A stretch of DNA of 64,000 nucleotides from Dicyema japonicum. Lineage: Eukaryota > Animalia > Dicyemida. The DNA lies in the NCBI GenBank assembly GCA_011109175.1, contig RDEW01000019.1, positions 427,570 through 491,569 of the forward strand, in the 5' to 3' direction. Made by a program: the position numbers and the translations under genes. Shown here in pieces: positions 27,281-39,112 of this stretch. The notes below the pieces were generated by a model. The model was not told the origin of the DNA and ran no database searches. It saw only the letters and a list, made by a program, of their open reading frames with translations. Positions within the stretch are counted from its first letter, which is position 1, and every line of letters starts with the position of its first letter.

Positions 27281-28630
27281 TTTACTCTTTTTTCTCTTTG
27301 TTTTTGATAAAATGAGAAAAAAATTAAGTTAGGTTGGTTTTCTGAGGAATATAAAATCTGAATTTATTTTATATTTTTTTCTGAAAATCAAAAAAAAAGG
27401 TTATACATAATATTTTTGTGTTATTTAGAATTTAATTAAAAACAAAAATTTTTAAAAATTAATTTATTCGCGGATTAATTAATAGGACTGTGACATTTAA
27501 TAATTTTACTGTTGGTGAGGAATTGATAACTTAATCTGGTCGAGTGACCTTGATTACTGCCATAAGTAACAAAACGTGATTTTACATGTACCTCGCTCGT
27601 ATGATCTTGGCTACCAATCCCTTTCACCCTCCACGGCTCGATGCTAGATTCAGATGAACTTCATCGATTTCTCTATCAGAGTGAACTTGATAGAAAACAC
27701 CTAAGATAACCTTTACAGCTTTTCCCACCAGAGTAAGCTTAATATAATAAAATCTATTTTCAATAAGTTTTTTGTGGCAAATAACTCAAAAATAAGCAAA
27801 ATTGCATTTTTGCGACGAGTAATAAAAAATCGACACATTTTTATTAAAAAATAAATTTTACATTACCGGTCATTTATAAAATGCATTGTTTTTGACTACA
27901 ATAATACTTGAACAACTAAGTTTGTTAAGAGTTATAATAATGCTAGACACCAGACTACAAAAAATCCTTTTGTCCGTTTTGGGGACAATATATCCGCGTA
28001 CTATCTCAGATGATAAAAATGAGTTACTTTGTTGTGTGGCGACTACGACTTATTTTTGTGTGTAACAAAGCAAATCAACGGAAATATGACGAAAATGATA
28101 TTAAAATAAATAATTATGTCGTTTTGGTATACCTTATAAATTTATTAAACTTGTAGAACAATGATGCATAAATGATGGTCTGATATCGTGAATGCCGTGT
28201 AGTTTTAGAAAATGGAGAAAACACACAATGCATGGAACGTATAAATGCCGAAATTATTGAAAGAATACATATTACCAAACTAATTCTAATAAATTATTTT
28301 TATACTTGTATCGGTTGATAACTTTAAACGCATTATTTTTGACGTTAAATAAATCAATTTAAGAAAGTAGATAAAAATTTTTAATTTGCTCAAAACAACA
28401 ACTTAAATAATATTATTAAAGCACTGAACATAGAATCATATAGAATATAATCCTATACGTTCCATGCTTAGGTGATCATAGTTATTAGCCTTTTCCAGCC
28501 TCCTTTATTCGACGCCAAGCTGCTCACAACATTTAGTCTTCGCCGTCCCTTCTTGATTTCTTTACCAGATCGTCGTTAAATATTTTGAAAGAGAATCATA
28601 ATTTATTCCGTTATCTGCGGAAAATTATAG

Positions 28631-28945
28631 NNNNNNNNNNNNNNNNNNNNNNNNNNNNNNNNNNNNNNNNNNNNNNNNNNNNNNNNNNNNNNNNNNNNNN
28701 NNNNNNNNNNNNNNNNNNNNNNNNNNNNNNNNNNNNNNNNNNNNNNNNNNNNNNNNNNNNNNNNNNNNNNNNNNNNNNNNNNNNNNNNNNNNNNNNNNNN
28801 NNNNNNNNNNNNNNNNNNNNNNNNNNNNNNNNNNNNNNNNNNNNNNNNNNNNNNNNNNNNNNNNNNNNNNNNNNNNNNNNNNNNNNNNNNNNNNNNNNNN
28901 NNNNNNNNNNNNNNNNNNNNNNNNNNNNNNNNNNNNNNNNNNNNN
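28631..28945. other. Assembly gap (N run)
   Basis: Continuous N bases. Confidence 1.
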
Positions 28946-28985
28946 GGCTGCTAACAAAATTAAATATTAAAACCTTAGCAACGTA

Positions 28986-29621
28986 ATGTTTGACGACATT
29001 CTGATTGAACATTTTGACTTTAAATATGTAGAAAGCTGTGGTGACCTCAAAGAATTGGAAAAAATATATAAAATACTAAAGTACGTTCAAGTCTCAACCA
29101 AAATCCCCCGCTCAAGGATATTACGTAGCTCTTGAAAACTGCTGCGAAAAAAAAATAAAACTTTTGAACCCCAAAAGGCAGTTTCCTTGTTTATTGCTTA
29201 GCAAAATTTTAATAAGGGACAAACCCCCAGGAAACAGATGCTCACTGGATAAATCGGAGTTACAAGAAATAAATGATGAATTTGAGGTTACAGTGTAATT
29301 TATCTTAGCTGAGGAAACGAGACAGGGAAAGTAGAGCTTCCGAGTATTCGGGTCCAATCAGAGAATCTGTAAAAGTTGTGAGAATAATTAGAAAAAATTC
29401 GATTTATCAAAGAAGGAGACGAGATCGTCAAAGTTAAAGTTCAATACAAAGTCACTTACAAGATCACAAATAGTAGGGAAAGCACAGGATTACAAAGAAA
29501 AGGGAAATAGGGTTAAAATGTGGCCGAATCAGAGGCATATCGATGTGAAGAATGGGAGGAGGCGTTGGAGTATTACTCACTAAGCTTGTCCACCAATTGG
29601 ACTGAGGCTGCAGCCAACAGA
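28986..29621 (+). pseudogene. SPAG1: SPAG1-like pseudogene (N-terminal domain plus start of first TPR), 3'-truncated
   Basis: Spliced: MFDDILIEHFDFKYVESCGDLKELEKIYKIL|KSPAQGYYVALENCCEKKIKLLNPK|SKILIRDKP...KAQDYKEKGN|(E/K)AYRCEEWEEALEYYSLS, matching the SPAG1 'IEHLDFKYIEKC..LEKI..GYY..DKP' and TPR 'KEKGNEAF'. Introns 29081-29102, 29178-29201, 29287-29308, ~29510-29532; TAG at 29389-29391. Confidence 0.85.
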
Positions 29622-31196
29622 AGAAACGGAGAGCGGATAGCGCAAAAGAATGTTCATGGAATTCCACAAAAGCATACCACATTGACTTTTCATCCTCCTT
29701 TTTCATGATACACCACACTGAACTGACATTAACAAATACCGTCAACTAAAATTTCATGCACTTCTTGACGTTCTTCAAAATCGAAAACCTCAACTTCTTA
29801 ATGGTTATATGACCTCCCAAATTGTGAAAGGTCAGTCTCGTAGGGGATACATAGTGCTTGTCGTCCATTAATTTCACCCTCTGTGTAGCTTCCAACTGAA
29901 ATGGTGGGGAAAAATTATTTTGTGCCACTTATTTATATCCCGATCAGGAACACTCTCAGTCATTTTAGTCCCTTAGTCCTAGTCTGATCACCCCCAGTTA
30001 ACTTAAAACTAACATCCTTCCCTCACTAAGAACAGATTCCTTTTATCCAATCTCTCAGTCTCCATTGATTTCTTGCCAAAATCTTCCAATTTGTCTCTGT
30101 TAACAGCCAAATCCGCGAAATTAACACGATCCTCGAACGACAACTGGCCAGAGTGAAGAATTACATGGGTACCGACCTTTGCCAAGTATAAACACTTTTC
30201 AACAGCTTCTTTCCGCCTAAATTTCAGAATGCAGTTCCTTGGCATGACCCATCCTTTACGACAAACACCACGTCCCCCATATATTAGACTAATACCTCTT
30301 TCAACTTCTCCTCATTCACGTCAAATCCCAAGTTTCTGCAATAATAACATCACAGATCTCAGAAACACAGTCCATTCTCTCCATGTGGGTACTTGCTCAC
30401 TTTAGGGACTGATTCGTCCACAGAACAGACAGAATTCTCTTCGGACAGCGAATTATTAGTGTTCTTGTACTTATCTTGAAGCACTGAATAATCAACAGCC
30501 ACAACTCTCCCAGGAAACAGTCACGTTAATCATGTATCCATTATTTTTCGACCATTTAGTCTTTCAATGGCCAGTTCAGCCTCATTGGGGTCCGTGAACT
30601 GCAAAAAACCAAACCCAGCAGATGTGGTACCTTAAAGTAAGAACTCCATGATACCATTCCGCGGAATTACAATCTTCACAATATCCCCGCACGTGCTAAA
30701 CACTTTGGAGAGGTCCTTTACACTTATTGAAAACGGAAGAATATGAATTATGAGTCTGAAACTCTTCAGACACCTTAAGTTGCTGTACAATCAGTATTTA
30801 GAGTATAAGTCATCCTTCATTCCGTAAATCAATAATATTCCAGCGTACCCCCAGTTACCCGTGACATATTCTGTATCGCGGATAATATGTCCTTAAAGGG
30901 GAAAAGGGGACATGACCACTGTTGAAGATCACTTTGCACTCTTCAAAGATCTCCAGATTGTAGATTCTCGATATTATCAAATATTTCCTAGCAGTTGCAG
31001 AGGAACTCGAAGGGAATTTAAGTCTGAATGACTTCCAGCAGGAGAAATTGTGACTTTTTTCCGTCAATCTCTCGCATGTGCTTATACATTCAAGACCGAC
31101 AAGTACCAAGTGAGCATTGGCCCAGGACCCTGTTGAAGATGGTGTATCGGTTTCTAAATTTAACTCACCGTTTCTGGACCCTAAAAAATGAGCCAT
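29620..31196 (-). pseudogene. RBM28: RBM28/NOP4-like four-RRM nucleolar protein pseudogene, 3'-truncated (start uncertain)
   Basis: RRM2 FRLIIHILPFS..IVIPRN|GTTSAGFGFLQF..RVVAVDYS..DKYK; RRM3 TVFLR|NLGFD..DLAVNRD..DKRNLFLVREG; RRM4 YVSPTRLTFHNL..YAFVEFHEHSFALSALR. Introns of 22-27 nt; several frameshifts and stops. Confidence 0.9.
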
Positions 31197-31329
31197 CAAA
31201 ATGGAAAAAGAATATAATTGGAAAAATTTAAAAATAGAAATCATTTCTTTGGTAACTAAAAAGTTTTTTATGCTAACTAAAAGTTTCTTTTAAAAGAGTT
31301 AGAGTGATACACCACGCAGAGTTCAAGAT

Positions 31330-32950
31330 TGTCTTGATTGTACTTACTTGGGATGGCCTAGTGACTACACATTCGTGAAGTTTGCCAGATCTTTGAATAT
31401 AAGAGAAAGAACGTATGCTAACGAATAAGAATGGCTCTAACAGAATCAATGGAACCTTTATATGGACCCGAAATGGAACCGTATTGAATGATCATAACAA
31501 AATTTAACAACTTTTAATATAAAAACGATTTAAAAAAATCAAAATCTTCTTTACTATCAGACAAATAAACTGTATTTAAAGACTAATTAATTCTTTTAAT
31601 TCTTGATTTTGAAACTTTTTTTGATTCGTCTGTGGAAACTCCCTTAACATAAAATGTAAATGTTCCTCTATAACAACATAATGTTCCTTTCAAAAAAACT
31701 GTCCAAGGCATGTTTTTTTGTTTTCAGGTTGTTATCTAAATCTGATTTGATGAAAACAGATCGCTATTTTAACATGATTTGTTTGAAAATTTTTATTCGC
31801 GTTTTCTTTTACTTTTCTTTTATAATTTTCAAAATGTTCTGATGTTTGATGATGTAATTGGATTTCAGAAAGAGAACAAGTTTCTTGAATTTCATCATCT
31901 GAAAAATGTTTGTTCTTTGGGCTGGTAATTCGATCACTTTATTATCAGACCCAGAAACAATATTAAATCCCGAAGTTCCAAATAATAGTCTAAAAATAAA
32001 TTCATAAAGGTAACTTAAAAGGTGACTTTCCAGTAGCGCATGAATAGAAATGTTATATTTATAAACAGTAGTTTTCAATATGTCAATCCAATTATTAGAT
32101 TTAGATTGAAATAGAGTTTTCGCTAACCAACGCTTTAGCGTTTGAATATAGCGTTCCACCTGCCCTTGTGATTGAGGGTGTCTTGGTCTACCATGAATTG
32201 CCGTTATCCCCCAATCACATAATAATAGTGAAACTTCAGAGTTACAAAACTCTTTTCCATTGTCCGTGTGCAATGTTTCTAGTGGCCCAACTGATAAAAA
32301 CATGTCTTCAAAAGAATTTTTTATATTTTGAGAAGTTTTACTAATTAAAGGAAATGACAAGCGAATTTTGAGTAACAGTCAATTATAATAAGAATCAATT
32401 TATATTCTTTATTATAGGAAGAATATTTACGAAGATCTATACAATCAGCCATAAATCTTTCGAATTTATGTGAAACGGTATTCATTTGAATATCTTCACA
32501 AGTCTTTAGACTGTTGAAATGATTGCAGGAATCACAAGTAGATACAAAATGGCGAATAATTTGTTGATTGATGCCAATGTACTTTTCGCAAAATAATTGC
32601 ACATCTTGGAAACACCAGGATGTCCAATAGAATGTTCCTTAGCTAAAATTGAGTTAATTCTAGCTTCTTGAAATGAACAAATAACAGTACGAAGATTTCC
32701 ATTAAATCCATAAAATAATTATCCATTCAACAGTTTTAAATTCTGACATCTGCGTAATGTCCGCTTTTGATTTTCATTAAATCCATCAGAAAAGTGTTTA
32801 TACTCGAGCTTCGACCTTTTCTATTTACGACCCTTTTCACGCTTAATTGCTTTATTGACTCAAAATAAAATTTTTTGTATTTTGAGGTAACAAGGGACAG
32901 ATCTTTCGAAGCAAAACTTAGTGGTTGTTAATGTTTTCAAGTGATAAATT
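31330..32950 (-). mobile_element. Ginger2/KRBA2-SCAND3-like DNA transposon with retroviral-type integrase, degenerate
   Basis: HFVSTCDSC zinc finger, ERFMADCIDL..LIIIDCYSKFA, LHTDNGKEF, HGRPRHPQSQGQVER, and a GPYK motif near 31450. No RT or gag seen. Confidence 0.85.
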
Positions 32951-33093
32951 TGTCTTATCAACCCTGACAGTATCAACAGCCCGGACGCTATCATATACGA
33001 CAATTATTATATTGAGCGACTTCAATGGCCAGGTATTTTACCTTACAAAATACGATCTCGAAACAATCAGTCCCACGAGATCCTAGGCGATAT

Positions 33094-35680
33094 TAATGAT
33101 CTTCGTCGTCATAAACTGAATATCAGCCAAATTTGTTGAAGAGTGTTTTTTAACACGTGTAACGCACCAAACCATGTTTCCACCATTATAGAATGGGAAT
33201 ATTGTTATTCTTTGGGGCGTTGCCATCGCAAAGAAGAAACTAGTTGTGGCCAGCATAGAAAATGCATTTTTAATGTCAAGTTGCGACATCATGTAGAAGA
33301 ACAGCCATAAATCAGATTAAAAGATGATAATCATCGATCCACCGTCCTCGAGGAAATTTTCATTTAACACAAAGTTAAGGTCAAGACGGAGCGAGGCAGC
33401 TATTCTCACTGCCTCGTAGTCAGAAGGTTGCTAATTTTATCACATGGATAAACATTCAAATAAGCATTTGTTGAATAATTTCTAGTCATCTTGAAGCAGA
33501 CCTTCTAGCATCATATTGCTCTCAAGAAACTCTTTCTTTTACAAAAACACATCGTAATGCGATTTCAGATTAATTCGGTCATTTAGATCATTAAGGAAAT
33601 ATCCTCCTTAACGTCCACAGATCCAGAAATAAGAGTGAGGGGTAAGGTCAGTATAAACCATGGCATCCACATTTGGTTGCGAATCATAGTAAGGATACTA
33701 ATAGCATATATAGTCATCAAATATAGTTAAAATTACTTTAACGGTTGACCTAATTTTACTGTCAATGAGAAATATGACCTATTTTTACTTTAAATAGAAA
33801 AGAACATCGGATGTTGAAAATCTTTTGGTCCTGATAGATCAATCTGTAGCCAAAATCGCACAGAAAAATAATTTTGTCATCAAGCGATCACTTTTAATAT
33901 TTCACATAAAATCAATTCGAGAGAGCGAATGTTGGTCATTCGTTACTTAGAACAATATCATCTATTTGATTCTAATGGAGGCAAAAGATTCTCCCTTCAT
34001 ACTCAGACTAACTACTTCATACTGCTTTGTGTTAACTTTACGTATAATCCTCCAAAATTAGACCAACTAAATTACCTTGCAGTACTCGTCTGAAAAAATA
34101 ATTTCAATTGCCCTGCAGTACTCTTGTCTTGAAAAAATTAGATATCATCATACTTCAAAACCAAAATCCAGGTCATCTGCATATTTAATTCTTAGATAGA
34201 AGTAGGACAATTTTTAGCTCTCAGATTACGAAGAGCAGCTTCCAGATAGACAACAAGAAGATTGGTTATTGTGAGTCACCTTCTGAAGTGTCAATGTGTG
34301 TAGTCTCTTTCAGATTCACTTAAAATTTGATTTTCGCGCAAATTGACCTGTAATTAAACATTATTCAAAAGGTATTAAACTTTTGACACAATTTCTAGAC
34401 ATTTTGATAAAGCTATTAAACATTGTGGCAAAGTTATTAGACATTTTTGACAAATTTATTAAATTTTATGGTAAAATTATTAAACAAATCGGAAAACCAT
34501 GTTAATTGTGTAAATTTAATTAAATTATTTTTTAATTTTATTTATTTAACCCAACACTTTATTTAATAAAATTAAAATTAATTATGACGACTGTAAATCA
34601 TGTAATAATTTTAATTTCTTGTGGTTACTAGTATATTCATCATTTTGGTATTTAATCCTTTAGATGTTTAATTTCATCATCTTATACCTTCCATTTGGCA
34701 TTTTGACACAGAAAAATTGTCAAGAAATAAATCAGGTGCAATCTCTGTATTATATATTAATTATTAAGATATTTGATTAATTGTACATTTTCTGGCCTAC
34801 AAGTTGATTCTAAAGTAATAGATTTACTAATTCAATACATCACATTTGAACATGGTTTCAATTTTTCTATTATACGATCGAAAGTGGCGTATTTGTATTA
34901 AATATTACTTATTATAGTTACTGTTCGGAAGAAAGTTTAAAATATGTAACCAATAATACTTTTCCATCTACTATTTATCACTTGTTATATATATTATTAA
35001 ATTAATAGGTATTTAAAACGATGCAATTCCCTCTTATACATCGCAATTGATTTTGCAGAAGATTTATCAGTACTTACAATATGTAAATTTTTTTAATTAA
35101 TGTAGTTTCTTTCCACAGAGAATAGAAGTTATTCAAGAATTTAGAGTTGGTTCCAATATGCTGAATTAAATAAGTATTTTTAATAATAATTAGTGTGACT
35201 GTTTGCAGGGATTCATTCGGTGATGCAGAGGCGTATGATATTATATTTATCATAGGTATGCAGTAGATATACATGATCAAACATGATTCTCCAAACTAAT
35301 TACTTGTATAGGTTAGAAAGTAATAAATTTAGAGCAAACAGCAAGCAGACAAGTGAAACATGTAATTAATAATGTTATTTCAGACTGCAGTGCCATTGCG
35401 AACAAGTACAATGTACTTGGCTTTTGCGGAGTTACTAACATTTTACTAACTTAATTGGTTCTTTTATCGGGAATAAAAATTGATGTTAATTAATTCAAAT
35501 TTATTATGACTTAAATAATTTCCTGGTTGGCCAACTGAATCACACATCTTTACTTTTGACTCGGAAAGAATAATTTTATTTTAAAAAAACGAGAAGGAAA
35601 TGAATCGATTATGATTGGTTTTAAGAACGGATAGGCTTCCTTAGATTTATGAATGACGTGAGCATTATCCCAATTAATTT
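33094..35680 (-). pseudogene. Degenerate intronless LRR-like gene, copy 2 of the duplication (probable ATG at 35441)
   Basis: MLVTPQKPSTLYLFAM at the start; LRR-like remnants NLRAKNC, NIRSLELILCEI, LQIDLSG; collinear with 6707-9265. Confidence 0.65.
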
Positions 35681-35749
35681 ATTTAGTTTTGATCCCTGTC
35701 GACATAATTTTCGCTGTGTTCTTTCTCAAGATATTCAAGGAGATCAATT

Positions 35750-36350
35750 ATATGAACACAATTGCCTTTAAGAGAGTCAAGCGTACAAATTTCTGAAAAT
35801 ATTCCTCGTCGGAGTATTTAAATGTTTGACATGCATATACCACCGTCTGGTTTATTTTATATAATCTTCGGACACTTTATCTTCCAATAGTCTTTCCAAA
35901 AATAGGGATTTTTACATAAATCTTAGCACCCTCAGCCTTTCATATACGGTCCGTTTATTATTTCCATTATTAGACATGAAAACCCTATAGTAACTCTAAT
36001 CTAAATGAGATATGTTGAACCTCAAGAAAACTAGAGTTTTGGACATTTCCAAATAGACAAATAGAGTAGGCGATACTAGAAATACTCCGGGTTTGTTCTC
36101 AACATAATAATAAAAATGATTTGGGTCATTGATGTAAAAATTAGAAAGCCACGTGAATCAGACAATAATTATAAACGCCGTCCATCCTGATTTGTCTTCG
36201 AAAACCAGAACTACTATTCTTCGAATCAAGGTTGCTATTAAGAAGGTATATGGATTCTTGTTCTAGAACTCAGAGATATCTGGAGAACAAATTTCAAGAT
36301 TCTTGTAGTATAGACCTCCAACAGTAATCCATGTTCGTGCGAAACAAACG
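35750..36350 (-). mobile_element. LINE fragment (APE C-terminus and linker), relative of the 2880-4626 element
   Basis: 35780-35960 on the minus strand aligns with 2885-3050 (AATCCCT.TTTTTGGAAA; GTGTCCGAAG; ATAAACCAGACGG); a PYTF..LVF APE-like segment lies upstream. Confidence 0.65.
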
Positions 36351-37910
36351 TCCATGCTTACAAAATCACACAATAAACGACAAAGGACTTTTTGGATTAC
36401 GAATTCTGAGGCATTCGCGGTAGAAAATATCCGTTCCCCTGCAGAAACTGCTCAAGCCTTCTATAAAACGTCCACGGAATTGTATCCCGTCAATTTATTA
36501 CACTCTGATTTCTTTATTTCATCTCATTGACCACCAAGATGTCGATCTGGGTCCCCTAGAAAGTAATGCTAGTTCATTATGCCTTTTACTTTGGGATCAA
36601 GCATTCACTAGCACTATTTTTTATCCTTGTTTCAACAATTTGGTTACCTTGCTTCATCTGCTTCTTCAAAACCACCATTACTATCTCTATTAAATCCACC
36701 TGTGCATTCGCGGACAGATAGTTAAGCTGTGACATAATCTTTGATATTTCAGAATAGATGTCCATACCTTGAAGTTTTTAAAACCCTTCCAAAACAGAGG
36801 GAGAAATCAAATGATTCTATTTTGTGCCAGCCTGGCATGGGATCCAAGTAATAACATGACGCCAATAGAATTGGAGGAGAAGGAAAAGACAAAACAACAA
36901 AAAACATGTAATTTCGTTTGACCATTTTCCGTCTTCTATCTCCAGATCAACTATGCCATATGGAGAGGTATACTGCAGACTCTTCACCCGATCTCTGACG
37001 ATTACGATGGGAGTCGAAGATTAATTTTATCAACAACTGTCAGGAGTTCAAAGAGGTTATATATACTGCTCACTTTCTTGACTCTAAAATATTTTAATTA
37101 ATATTTATTACTTTAGCAAATCACGAAAAACAGAGGAGTCTAAAACAGAGATAGGCCCAAGCATTTGCAGGACTTGCGGCATGAGGCCAACTAACTCCCT
37201 CTGTAACATTCCTAGCTAATAAAGATGTTAAAGTTAAATTATTATAGGAGTTGAGTTTTCCTGTTCAATTTTAGCATTCATAGTTTCAAGCAATCCGACT
37301 CATTTCAATCAGTCGTATACACGAGAATGTCTAAGAATTATTAGCAACAATAGAGTACACGGAGTGTGTCTTGAGTATTTAAGTCTTCTTCAATTCTATA
37401 TTGACGACACAGGTATAAATGTATGCATTTAACCACCTTATCTTTCCAGGTAGTCGCCGTTTAACATATAGTCACACTTTTCCGTAAAGTTTCAAACAAC
37501 CCAATTAAAGCATGTTCATTTACGGCCGAGTCCAATCTTGTATTCCCCACGGGTGTCGATCATTTTTTACACCATCATATTTTGATTTCAATTGGTTTTC
37601 AAAAAATGTTCCATTTTTATCCTCTAACAAACAAAGGAATGAGTTCCATCAATTTTTTAAGTAACTAGCTTCAGATCCCAAGGATAAGCACATTATTAAA
37701 TGATTTTTGACGTTTCCTTAAGTTCCGGCAACTTCAAAAAAATTAAAAAAAAGTGGAGTCACCATGCAGTATCCCTTTTTACATCATGATTTTTTTTCTT
37801 GTCAGCTAAAGTTTCCATTTCGTGACCAAATATTTAATTCACAAAGCTAGAATCATGAAAGGGAGTGCAAGCTTATCGAGCAATAAGGAATGATTGGTGA
37901 TTCAAAAAAA

Positions 37911-38040
37911 AGTAAACTCTCTAAAGTGTGCCACTCTTAAATTTGTCAATTCTGAAATTTGCCATTTTTATTGATTTTTTCTATTTTTCAATGATATTTG
38001 CCAATTCTGAAATTTGCTAACATTTAAAAAAAATTATTTT
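37911..38040 (-). repeat. Partial second copy of the 13073-13386 MITE
   Basis: Reverse complement of 13255-13385 (TGGCAAATTTCAGAATTGGCAAAT repeats, GAGAGTTTACT end). Confidence 0.8.
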
Positions 38041-38284
38041 TGAATTAAGATACCAGTAAAGAGTACAAGCCATATAGAATGATTTTAATAAAAGTCCCCA
38101 TTTTTACTTTTCATCTTATTTATTCCGGCTTTAAAGCATAAAATATAGGGTTTCCAGAGCATTAACGTAACTTTTTCAATCAATAGCGTAACTATTTTTA
38201 AGGATAAAAAACAAAAAAATTATTTACTGAACCACCGAAGCACTTTACTGAAAAATTCAGAACAATCATTTTAGTTAATACTTT

Positions 38285-38370
38285 CCATGTTCAGCCCATT
38301 GCTCTTGAGACAAGTGGAGTCTTCGGGTCTAGACGGTCACTTTTCTTAGATCGCTTGGGTCTGTGATCTC
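38285..38370 (+). mobile_element. CRE-like RLE micro-fragment
   Basis: FHVQPIALETSGVFG; nucleotide match to 18860-18940. Confidence 0.75.
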
Positions 38371-39072
38371 TATAGTCAGCAACAAATGTTGTTCCAAAGG
38401 ATTTCTCTGGCAGATGTCAGGACGAACAGCAAATCCATTATTACAGCTGGATTAATTTGATTGTCTTGCTTTCGTAATAATTTTTTTAGCATTTAATTTT
38501 TTTTAATTAGTCAATAATTTTTTTCATTTTCATCCACTCCTCTGGAAATATAATTTTTCCATGTGCTGAATACATTCTTAATTGTATTGAGAAATGATGA
38601 GTAAATATAAACATTTAGGTTTTCTGTTTCTATAAATTCTTTAATATCCATATAATGATGAATTCTGGCATTACCAAAAATCTAAATTACTATAAAATTC
38701 AGAACTAAGATTTTTTAAGAACTCCAGAAAATCTTAAAATCCTCTCCGTTAACAGGTCTTTAGTTTTATATGGTAAGTTAAGTATACCATATTTAGTCAT
38801 TGATGCAAAATGACTGAAATTTCTGTTTCTGATGGTCCCTTCAAGAATGTAGGCAGAGATCCTGAAACATCTCTTAAACGTCCAGGCCTTAATTATTATT
38901 CGAATTCATCAATAAATACGAATATGTTGTTTCGACTCTGTGGTTAGTTTGGTCCTACTGTCACCCCTGCAAGAAGTTGCTGTGAATACACCCTGTTTTG
39001 TAAATTTTAAAACAATTGTTTTTGAAATATTAACATACGTGAAATGGTTGCATTGTCACAATTGTAATTGAC

Positions 39073-39112
39073 TTTATTATAATTAGCACTTTTACGAGAG
39101 CCATAACATTTA
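39073..39112 (-). repeat. Extreme 3' tip of the (TAA)n RTE family
   Basis: TTAGCACTTTTACGAGAGCCATAA matches 21350-21375 and 6300-6322. Confidence 0.6.

Noticed and set aside
28585-29012. ORF-track entries spanning the N run (also 9519-9809)
   Set aside because: Artefacts of translating through assembly gaps.
37400-37900. NTRLDS resembling the hAT TRW(N/D)S motif
   Set aside because: The key Trp is absent and there are no supporting motifs.
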